Source of the DNA: Ramazzottius varieornatus | Lineage: Eukaryota > Animalia > Tardigrada | Direction of reading: 5' to 3' | Assembly (NCBI GenBank): GCA_001949185.1 | Contig: BDGG01000002.1 | Location: 4,826,448 to 4,890,447 of the forward strand | DNA length: 64,000 nucleotides | Part shown: in pieces, positions 49,764 to 61,000 of the stretch | Position numbering within the stretch: the first letter of the stretch is position 1 | Layout: every line of letters begins with the position of its first letter | Translations under genes and position numbers: made by a program | Notes under the pieces: generated by a model | What the model was told of the DNA's origin: nothing | Databases searched by the model: none | Seen by the model: the letters and a program-made list of their open reading frames with translations, nothing else

Positions 49764-51733
49764 ATGGACAGCAACATGAGCGGCAGAAAAGGCAACTCGG
49801 ACACCGCGTCTGTGCTTTCCTCTCCCGGACTCAGCTATGTTGGCTTCTCCGATCTCCCAAACCTCATCCATCGAAAGTCAGTCAAGAAAGGATTTGAGTT
49901 CACCTTACTGGTCGTCGGTGAGTGCGTCTAGTTGAAGTCCTCATTAGCGTTGGTTCAATTACCGTTGTTAGTTAAACCGATCATACTTTGTTACTGTTCT
50001 TTATCTGCCTAACTGGCGTTTCGGCTGCAATCCACAGGACGAGATGGTACGGGAAAAACGACGGTTGTAAACAGTATCTTCCATACCGAAATCGTGACGG
50101 AAAAGCAACAGGTGCCTTTGTCCGAGAAAACCCAAGGCAAGGTCGTCTTGGATCCTTCAACTGTTGAACTTGAAGAGCGCGGTACGTCGGTAAGGTTGTA
50201 TCTCTCAGTGTCTGCTAACGCACCTGACAACTAATGTTTTCTTGTAGGCGTGAGAGTACGGCTGACGGTCGTTCATACGCACGGATATGGCGATAGTTTG
50301 AACAACACCAGCAACCCTGACCCTATCATTAAATACATCGACGATCAGGTATAGTCCACTTAACTTTTCGAACTGTTTCTGCCGCTTCTTTTGTTGCTGT
50401 ATATCATATGCGGACCTAATCACCTTATTGCAGTTCGAAAAGTATTTTAATGACGAAAGTGGAATCAATCGCCGTCACATTCTGGACACTCGCGTCCATT
50501 GCATGGTGAGTATTGATAGGACCTGAATTAGGCTCAATATGTAGTTCTTCGGCAGACACTGTTTGGGTTCTCTTATTGTATGTTTGTTTCGTATTTTTCA
50601 GCTCTATTTCGTGGAGCCGTACCAGCGAGGGTGAGTAGGTAGTTTCGAACTTCCGGCAGTCGCTCCTGTCTGACCATTCAATGCTTTCCGCCTAAAAATC
50701 ATGCTCATTTACCCATATGGTGAATACATTAGGTTGAAGCCTATCGACGTCAAGTTCCTGAAGGCAGTCGGAAGTAAAGTGAACGTCATTCCCCTGATAG
50801 CCAAAGCGGACACGTTGACCAAGCAGGAACTGGCTGTGAAGAAGCATGAAGTATGTTGTTGGTGAACGGGTGAGGTTAGAAACTGTCTAATCCATGAACT
50901 TTCTCTGTTCCAGCTTGCCCGGGATATCGAAAAACACGAAATCAAAATCTATCAAATGCCGTAAGTATCTCGTACCCATTTCTCATGTAGCTGCTACGTC
51001 GCGCACCTTACGTGAAGATTGTCCCGTTCAACACGTTATATTCTCTACAGCGATGGGGACGACGAAGACATTGAGTATAAGGTAACTTACGAATGCCAGG
51101 ATATTGTATCAAACGACACCAAACTTTAATGTGAATGCGTTGATTTTAGGAAACTTTCGACTCGATCAAGAAGTGCATGCCTTTCGCGGTTTGTGGCAGC
51201 AACACTCCGATTGACCTGAAAGGACACCGGGTACTGGCTCGTGCCTACCCTTGGGGCATTCTTGATGTCGAGAATAGCGAGTGGACTGACTGCAAGGCTC
51301 TCCGTACTATGATAATGTATGTGTATTTATTAAGTACAATAATGATATCAGGATGAAACTAACATAGAGTTCTACGAGTACCGTATCTCTCTTCGTTTTA
51401 GTTCTCAAATGTCGGATCTCCAAGAAGTTACGCACAACGTTCACTACGAAAATTACCGCTCCGAACGACTGATGACCGGCAAATCTGGAAAAGGGTAATC
51501 TCCACTTGAGATCGGGCTTTATTTTCCGTATTTCCATCTTGAGGGCTTGTTTTGTCCAACGCAGGGATGGGCTGCGAGGTGCATTTGAAGACGCGTCCAT
51601 GTCGGCTCACGAGCGTAAGCTTTTCGAAAAGGAGCAAGAACTGAAGAGGATGCAAGATCAGCTGAACCGGATGCAGCAACAGATTGCTCAACAAACGCTG
51701 TCGAATCTTCCTGTGCGCGATAGTCGCGTTTGA
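49764..51733 (+). CDS. Septin, SEPT2/Sep1 subgroup, divergent
   Basis: [108 protein letters not shown] and C-terminal [10 protein letters not shown] coiled coil. Confidence 0.92.
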
Positions 51734-52016
51734 ACTCGTTATTTCGCTAAGTGGATCTTATGCAGTGGGTTGGTGTTCAAGTTTCTGTCCCACTGTAGGA
51801 CCACCAAACTTTTGTACGCTATTTTACGTCTGGTTTTCTTTTATTTTTTCTCCTGTCCGTATCTCAGTAGGTTAGCAGCATGTTGTGATTTTGAAAGATG
51901 CGATTCTTTTCTCTCTAGTTGAAGTTATGAATTTTTAAAGTGGAGTTGTAATTCCTTGAATTAAAAAGCTGTAGAACGGACGAACTTATTCGACCGTATT
52001 GTGCGGAAAATAGTGT

Positions 52017-54537
52017 TCAGAAACCCAGACGTTGACTCCGATCAACCAACGTGCCCATGCTTCCGCAGTGTTTGATGAGCTCGGCGAAGAACAAGTCCTG
52101 CAAGACAAGCAGAGTTTGCAACAAGTAATTCGTTCAAGCATCGACAGGACTTTCGGGTTTGAGTATAAAGATGTACGGAAACCCGGACAAGCATCGTTTA
52201 CCTGTGAGTGGTAAGCAGCATTTCCAACAATGCACATATGGTCCAGTGCGCGGGACAGTGCGACGTTTAAACGATCGGGGGACCCGACGAACCCTTCTCG
52301 CGAGTGAGCGTTACTTGATTTCGGGCGTGGCTGATGCGACCCGACCACAGTTATCCAGAAAAATAATCGTTTGGTTTATAAGCGAAGAAGAAATGGCATT
52401 TATCAGCACTTACAAGCACAACACGGCTCGAGCAACCCAGGAACTCATCAATGGTACGCACTGTTGGTAAACTGTCTTTTGGCAATTTGGACTCAGTCAG
52501 TAGTCGTATGATCTGTCGCACCTGTAAGTAAACTACTAGATTATTTCATTTAAGTTGTTCTGTTTTCGATAGGACTTATTTGAGCTTGATACGCCGAATT
52601 GACGGCGATATCTGTGAGAGGTAGACCGAGGGAAAACAGCTTTCGAACGTAGTTTTTGACGACATCGCCTTCTCCAAGATTAAACTTAGAGCCGCTAAAG
52701 TCCACCCCTTCCTGTCCATCTACCGAGCAGAAGACGATTGGCGGAAGCCCACTATAAAATTCGAAGTAAATGTGACTATGTCAAGTAAGAAGGGGACCAC
52801 AGAAAGTTTCTGAAGAGCCCACCTGGAGTCCTCGTGTGAAAAGGGACGAATTCGATGACGATGACCTTTCGGAACCATCAACGAGCTTCACCCAGCCACC
52901 GGCTCGCCAAACAACATCGGCCTCTTTGCTGGCTATCAGGAATCTGAGAAGTACGTCTACCGCGGAGTCAGTAGGAGCGGAGACCACGATGCGGCTGGTC
53001 GGACACTTTAGTACCAGTTGGATAACGATTTCAACTAACGTCATGGTCTTCCCGGTTCTTGCCAGCCCATTAGAACATAAATTCGTAATGTAGGGTTAGT
53101 CCTAAACATTAATTATACAAGATAGTAAGTCTGAGAAAAAGCACATACCTGGAGGCCCACAAATTATGTATGGTCCAGGACGGTGAGCTCCGAGTACAAC
53201 CGCCTCCACAGCGCATCGCTGGCAGTAATTCAGTGTGCAGTTGTAAAACGGTATTCGAGGTTTTGGTAGTGCGGCTCGATCTTCCTCGGTAAGCTTTCCG
53301 CCAGAGGCTTCTCCTGAAAGTAAAACCGCAAAGGCTTCGACCAGGTGATATGTGTTACGAACTGACAAAAGAAAAATGCACCTACTGTTCAGGAGCACCG
53401 CCGCCTCTCTCCACAGCTCTTTTTCGGCACCAAGGCTCACTTCCGGTTGGTCGATGAAGCTTGCATATACTTGCGGGAAAATCGACGAAGACTTCAGATC
53501 AGGGAACCCTGCAGTGCCCAGCCTTGCTGGAAACTTGTCCACCGCTTGGTGTAGATTTCGGAAGAGGGGACTGCGCTTTAGGAAGTAAAGGACCACATCT
53601 TCGTGCACCTCGGTATGCTCCATGTCCGCGTCAAGCGTTATCACGATCTCTACCTCGGTCGTCTAAAACACGCAATGCTAGTCCAAAAGAGTAATCACCA
53701 TGTCTAAGATGAGCAACCAGGAGCGGTTTACCGCAACAATCTTTCCGTTCAAGCAGACCGACTGGCAGAAACATCTGCACGGTTGGTTCGATCTGGCTAT
53801 CGTGGACTTCCGGGGAACCTCTTGTCCAGAAGGTCGTTTGACGACAAACACTGCAGGCTGTTTCTCTGGTTCCACATCATCGGAGTCCTAGGGGAATTCC
53901 AGAACATGGAAATTAATGCATTTACATCGTAAAGTTACGTACAGTACAGACCGGTGACAGTTCCTAGTCGATTCCTACTTTCGAAATAGACAAGCGGAGT
54001 ATCACCTGTGTTTTTCTTTGTGAATTTGGCTTCCACCGGTGCAGGACGATGCCACGCCAAGAGGATCGTTCAAAATCCTCGATGAAGAGAAGCAAATGCT
54101 GCTTTTCCTTGTAGTCATCGGGAGTAAGGCTTTCAGTGGCGACAGAGAACAGCTTCGTGATGGCCTCAGTTGGTTGCTCCGAACAAGCTAGAATGCGCAA
54201 CAGGTCCTCTGGGATCGGCTGTGGCGCTTCCGGTGCGCTGCCAAAGAAGGGTCTGGATTCCAATATTGCGGCCCGACGCTCGATTGCCATGCGAGCATTC
54301 CTAGTAGCATAATCAAGAACCCGTAAGACCGTAGGTTTATAGACTGCTCGACTCTTCGAGTCGCGCAACCGCTACCAGTACTCTTCCCGGTACTTCGCAC
54401 CTACCTGCCGCAGTCACCTCCTTCGAGATCGAATCTGTCCTCGTCCATCGTGTTCGTGATATGCAGAGTTTCAGAAGATCCTGGATGTGACATTGTCTGC
54501 AGCTGGACACTGGATTGTTGGGTTGTCTAAAGTCCAT
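52017..54537 (-). pseudogene. Decayed Armitage/MOV10-like SF1 (Upf1-like) RNA helicase
   Basis: Retains LTPDDYKEKQHLLLFIED, LNYCQRCAV...PYIICGPPG/TGKTMTLVE, IVVSAPTDSAVD, PIVF..V.GQE...SKFN..E, AYQAQ and GFVGSPDRLNVALSRA. Motifs II-IV are absent. Three splice sites are non-canonical and the 5' region appears frameshifted. Confidence 0.75.
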
Positions 54538-54639
54538 AGCGAGGAGATAACTGTAAGTCCACAACAAAACTATGCTAGTTTTCGATGTAGACGATATGAA
54601 CCACTGGTCAGCCATCACGCTGGAGAACAAAAAAGACCA

Positions 54640-54760
54640 AGCGGTAAAGGTTAAGTCGGCCAAAATAGGCGGAGCGACAGGTCCGTGACCAATCGTCTAA
54701 CCAATAAAGCTCATCGCTTTTGCGCCTGCCGATCAGCTGTCAAGTCCACTTCCCTTGTAG
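54640..54760. promoter_or_regulatory. Candidate bidirectional promoter between helicase pseudogene and spn-E
   Basis: Two CCAAT boxes (GACCAATC...AACCAATA) within the ~550 bp separating the divergent starts. Confidence 0.4.
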
Positions 54761-55086
54761 CCCTCTTTTGGGGTTTTTTTTCTGGATTTTCGTTTTCTGG
54801 ATCTGTTTTCTCTATGGACTCTTGAATCTCTGTTCTCCGGCTCAGAATCTTGATACAAGGTTGATATTACGAAGTTTACTCACCTCGGTAAGTTGTATAG
54901 CATCGGTTCCCCCAGAGATGGCCGTTTATCACACCCATAAGTGCTGTCGACTGGGATCATGTAGTTTAACCTGTCCTACAGTAAATCATGCTCGCTTCGC
55001 AGGAAAACTCATCCGGAAGTATGTAAGACGTACCATCAGCGCGATCGTAGCCGAATCAAGTTCACCAGCCTACGTCTTCGTCCACG

Positions 55087-58000
55087 ATGTTGAGGCGCCG
55101 CTTGAAGCAAATCTTGAAAAACAGGGATGCTGAGCAGAATGCAGAGTTGGGCGCTGGGGACGGTAAAAATTTTCCAGAAGAAGAAGCGCCGCCGCCGCCC
55201 AGTTTCAAGTTACCGGCGGGCTTGGGAAACATCTCTCTGGATGACTTCATGAACGCAAACTTCAACGTACCCACCGCGTTCAATCGACGCACCACAAAGA
55301 TAACCCATCCCAGACAGATTTCACGAGATCTCTTGACACCGATCGAGGTACCAGAGATGACCAACTGGCTGGATCGCGAAGATGGCCAAGTCACTCCACC
55401 GATGATTGTCAAGATGGCCTTCTGGTTTGGCATCGAGCTGGACGAACGGATCGTCAAGCTAGCCATTCAGCCTCCGAATACTTTGATTCCCTGCACAAAA
55501 GATTCAGACTCTGAACCAGAACCCGGTGGATCATCGATGGACATAGCGAAGGAAGCGAAGGACGAGGCTGAACTACAGGCCAAGAAGGACATAATATGTC
55601 AACTAAAGAAAGAACTACACGCGTTGTATCGAGACTACCAGAGAAAAGCCAACGAGGTTTCTGCCAGAGCACGACAGACACCTGTTGAACCGGAACTTCC
55701 TAGCTACAAGCAGAAAAGGTAAGACATGAACATCGTACAGCAAGCTCAGAATCTGATATTTACCAATATTTGTTCTGCTCTTGTTAGTCGACAGCTTGCG
55801 GGAAGTTTGAGCGAGTTCAACCGAATGGCGAATGCTCCGTTGTTTACTAGCCAGCGGGACTTCGAGAGGTTCTCCGCCGGAAGTTATACCGGATCTCAGC
55901 GGTTGGCTTCGCGGCTTGGTACAATGTCCCTTTCAGGAATCACCGACACTGACGAGGTTTGGGTTTCTGCCTAAAAGACGCTCGCTTTCGTGCCCACAAT
56001 ACTGTCACCCGTAGAAGAGTGAGAAAATGTCTCCGCTCTAGACCATGTCGACCATTTCGAAGACTTCCGGTTGGAGTACAAAGATGTCCGGAGATGTCGC
56101 TACTCTTGTGTTGCCTGTCGCTCCCCAAAGACCGGACAACGCGCAGTGGCATCCTTTGAAGGACCCTGCTGTCTTCCAGAACTTCTATCCGTCTGAAGTA
56201 CCGGCGGATACGAGAAACCTGCCCGTCTTCGCCCATAAGGCCACGGTTAGTCCAAAATTATATCTTAAAATATCTTCGCTAATATCGGTCGAACAGTGAT
56301 GAATATTTCGCAGCCACTGTATCCAAATTCTAATTTGTACACTACGGTTTGGTTTTACAGATCCGAGACCTGATTGCTTCCAGAAAGGTGACCATCATTT
56401 CGGGTATGACCGGAACAGGCAAGTCTACGCAAGTTCCACTGATGGTTCTGGACCATTGCGCCAAAGAAGGGCTTCCCTGCAACATCGTCGTCACACAGCC
56501 TCGCCGTCTGGCCGCCATTGGTGTAGCTCGACGCGTGTGTCAAGAACGAAATTGGTCTGTTGGACAGCTTGTGGGATACCAGGTACGACTTTCCGGATAA
56601 GACCGTCGCGTTGAGTAGGAAATGGCAGCTGACAACGAGTGTATGGCACTCGGTTTTCGGTTTTCACGTACCTGCGAGCTCGCGTCTGTTGTTAGGTACA
56701 GATTTCAAGTATGCAGGTTAATGAACTTTCCAGCCTATACTGCGTTGTCCTCTTGCACCTTCATACTTGAGCTTCGCAGCTTGCTCTGTGGCTGGTGTAT
56801 GTAGGTACAGGAGGTTTCAAAAAGATTGTTCGCCGCCCGCTCCATTGTGTTATGTTTTGGTTCCTATTTCAGGTTGGCTTTGACCGGAATATTTCGGCTG
56901 CTACTCGATTAACCTACTGTACGACCGGTGTTTTTGTCGAGAAGATCGTAGCAGCTAAACACCTGAATCAGTTCACTCATGTCTTTCTGGATGAAATCCA
57001 CGAACGAGATCAGGATACCGACATGGCCCTAATGTTAACTCGACAAATGCTTCAGGAAAATTCCCCAGATGTGAAGGTATTGACGTACGCGCTGTGCAGG
57101 TGCTTTGCGCGAGCATATTTAAAACGAAATGTGTTTCTCGTAGGTGATCTTGATGTCCGCTACGTTCGAGCTAGAGAGAATCTCAAACTATTTTTCGACC
57201 ATGACGAACTCGTTTGCGCGAGATGACCGACCGGGTAAAGTCAGCGTGGACGTCTCGAACCATATGATCCACGAAACGTACCTCGATGAATTCTGCAACA
57301 GTTGGCAGCGCCATGTAAGTCCCCGGTCACGACCATTCCTAAATGATACCATAGCCTGAATGATTCACTGATTATCCGTATAAACTGCAGGCGTTCTACC
57401 ACGAACGACCGCAGTTACCACGCGATCTTATGGCTGTGGCTGTTTCAACGCTGAACGACTTGACCCCACTTCCGGGTCAAGGTCCCGACAATGTACCGTC
57501 GGTTCTGGTCTTTCTTCCAGGTAAGACAGGTTCTACTACAGGCACGAGCTACTCAGCAGCGTAGCAAATTCCGTTTCAAAACTTGTGTCATTTGTAGGTC
57601 TGGAGCATATTCAAGATATGGAAGAAATGATAAAAGCCAAGTAAGTTTCAGTAGATTCTCCCGTGTATTGTACGTTTAATAATATGGTATGGGAACCATC
57701 CGAGGTATCCCAAAGCGGAAGTCATGGTTCTTCATTCCACAATCAACAAAGAAGACCAAAGTAGCGTGCTGGAGCCACCAAGGAAGGGTGTGGATCGTGT
57801 CATCCTGTCAACCAACATCGCCGAAAGTTCAGTGACCATACCCTACATCGACTACGGTAAGATAATTTGCGAAGCGCAAAGAATTTACTTGAGGACTCTA
57901 ACCGATATGTTGTCTGTTATTCCAGTCTTTGACTTCTGCTTGACGAAGACACTGCGATGTAGCGCGAAGACGAAGATTCCCCAGCTCACCATTGAATGGG

Positions 58001-61000
58001 CCTCCGCTGCCAACTGTCAGCAGCGCAAAGGTCAGCAGCGTCCATTCGTAACCGAGTGGAACGGGCTAGAGTGCTCTTCGTTGGAACCTTATACAGTAGT
58101 TTGCCATATGTAGGTAGAGTTGGGCGTCTGCGACAAGGCAAAGTGTATTTCTTCGTACCTCGTCAGTTCTTCAAGCTTAAGTTGCCTCGTTATCCCATGC
58201 CCGAGATCTTGGTAAGGAACAATCTGAGTTGATCTCACACTGTATTATTCCATCTTGTTTTCGAGGATAAGTTCCAATCTCTTGTCAATATTTTGAATTG
58301 ATAGATTTCTCCAATCGAAAATTCCGTCCTTCGAGTGAAACTGCTGAGCGTTACCCCGCCACCACTGGAGGTCTTTGTCAAAATGTTGGATCCTCCTGCA
58401 CCCACCGATATCGAACTGGGCATTTTGACGTTGAAAGAGGTGCGTGTCGTACATATCCTTAACTCATCAGTACAATGCATTTACTGTTGTCGATCTGGCA
58501 CCTGGTTTTATTTATAGATTGGCGCGCTTACTGTCAACCATAACGGTACTCCAAGCTACAGCGACGGCGACTTGACGCTGTTGGGCAACATGATAGCTCG
58601 ATTGCCGATGGATGTCCGAACAGCAAAGTTCCTCGTCTTGTGCGCCATGTTTGGGTATCCCGAAGAGGGCGTAACCATCGGTACGTAATGTAATCTCTGC
58701 TGCGGCTTCTGTCTCCGACAAATTTGTCGGAGCGACTCGTACAAAGTAATATCGAAATTTGAATGGAAAAAATCAGCACAAAATTAAGAATCGAACTAAG
58801 AGTAGGAGTCTACGAAATTAGGTATTCCTCTGTAGCTGCTGGAATGAGTATCGAGTCGGTTTTGTGCGGGAACAATCGAACACCGGAAAGGTACAAGATA
58901 CTGCTGGATTTGTACCACAGAGGCGTCAGCAGCGACGCTTTGGCTCTTCTCTACGCCTACCAGCGTTGGAGCGCTCAAAACTTTACCGCTTTGTTCACGG
59001 CGGAGCAGCGACAATGGTGCGAGGACAACATTATTGATCATACTCGCATGAAAGAGGTAAGAGAATGCTGCATTCTAGCAATTTAACTTGATAAGAACAA
59101 GGCCGACGATGTTTTGTTCCAGCTCGTGGCTTTGCGTCGAGAACTTCTACAGCGTCTGAATCAGAGGGTTTATGAAGTGCCCTGCCTCACTGAGAGACCT
59201 CCAGTCGAGAGAATGATACCGGTAAGAACAGCCTTTCTTAGCTCCAGAGTTGGCACGCACTACGAGATACTGTAAGAGTGTTTGGAGTGTCTTTTGTATT
59301 TCAGATTCTGCTTGCCGGGGCATTTTATCCCAATGTCTTAACGTACCAGACTCACGTCGATGACTTGGCCATCGGGAAAGAGTTAGCGGGTTACGATCCT
59401 TTGAATACGTGCATTGTAAGTGCAAACCAGTTAAGGTTGAAGGTGTCCGTGACCGCATCTTGACTTGCATTCCTTTCTCCAACATTTGCGGTTGCTTCAA
59501 ACAGGGTTTCGTAATGTGACGGGGAGCTTTTTTCAGATTGACCAGTTTGGAACTCAAACGTCGCTGATCGCTCCGCTCTACGATGCACAGCTGAAACGTG
59601 TCCTCAAGCTGAACGTTAGCTCCGATAGTATCGCCCAGATCATATATGATACTCACCAGTACGTAATCATGGCTTGAGTACCCGATGATCGAGATAGCGC
59701 CAGGAAAGCTTAACTTCAAAGATTTCTCTAAAGGACCTACATATCTTTTACGAAAACTTCCTGGTCTGGAGCTGCCACGAACGTGCACCCGGGTTTGGCG
59801 ATTCTGAGGAAACGCCTGTAAGTCTTCTTCGTTCAGACTTAAAAGGACGTAAGCAAATCATTTGAAGCAGATCGTGTTTCCAAGTGCCGCACATCTTCAG
59901 GCTATAACAGTAAAACGTGCGCCACTTGAGATAACGATCTGGTTCAACCCATCTACCCACGTCCCAATTAAAGCGCTCTCTGAAGCTTTCATGAAATTCA
60001 GTCTAATCCGGTTTTCCAAAGGGATACCATGAAGGGAAGAATACCTCTATCGCAGCAAGTTTTGGCGCTGCGTGACGAGGAAGAGAGCGGCAAGAAGTTC
60101 TTGAAGACTAGCCGAGTCACCACTCTGAAGGCTTCGCTGACGAGGTTGGTCGCATAATTACCTCTACGACATGTCTTGCAGGTGTAGATACCATAGTAAA
60201 GAAAGGTGGGTTTGTCGTTTTTGAGATCTTATTGTTGGGTCGATGTAGGTATGCTGTTGAAGATGGGTCGTTGAGAATTCCTCCTCCGGACTTGAACTTC
60301 AGACCGGGAGAACAGTATGAAGTCGTCATCAGCAGTGTGAGTTTGATCGTACTGACTTATGTCCATGACGAAATTAACCGACAAACTTTTAGGTGGAAAA
60401 CATTGCCAGTTTCTGGATCGGCCTGTGGAAAGATGATCACACGCAGATTGTGAACATGGAAGATGAGTTTCATGACCTTGGTATACGACAGGTGGGTCCT
60501 GGGCAGAGTAATGAGGCTTCAGTTTGTCAAGGTTGCGCGTTTGGATCACACAAGTTTTGTTCGTTTTTACGTAGGAGCTTCGGAGAGTAAAGCCAGAAGA
60601 TATCAGTCCGAATGGCTACTACCTTGGCTCACAGCCACATTCGGAAACAGTGGACCAGCCTGGTCTGGAGTACGCCCGAGTGAAAGTGCTGTCACCTATC
60701 AGGCCCGATGGAAAAGTGTTGGTACGGTCAACTGGAGGCTGAGTTTTCGTGATTGACCATCTTCAAATCATGCCTTTCTTACGGCGCCTGTCTTGTAGGT
60801 CCAACTGATCGACACTGGAGAGTTCGACGCTTTGTCTGTCAGTTGGCTGTTCGTGCTTCCAGCACACGCTAGAGACATTTCACGAGCTGCGTTCGAGTTC
60901 AGGTTCTCAGGAATAAGATTCGTCCAGCCCGTCGAAGCGCTCAAGCTCTGGCGAAGTATGGTGAATGAAGACGGTGCCAACACTGTTCTAGAGGTACGAA

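Noticed and set aside
59147-59788. 213-aa antisense ORF within spn-E
   Set aside because: It overlaps spn-E exons on the opposite strand, has a non-ATG start and no domain; probably a shadow ORF.
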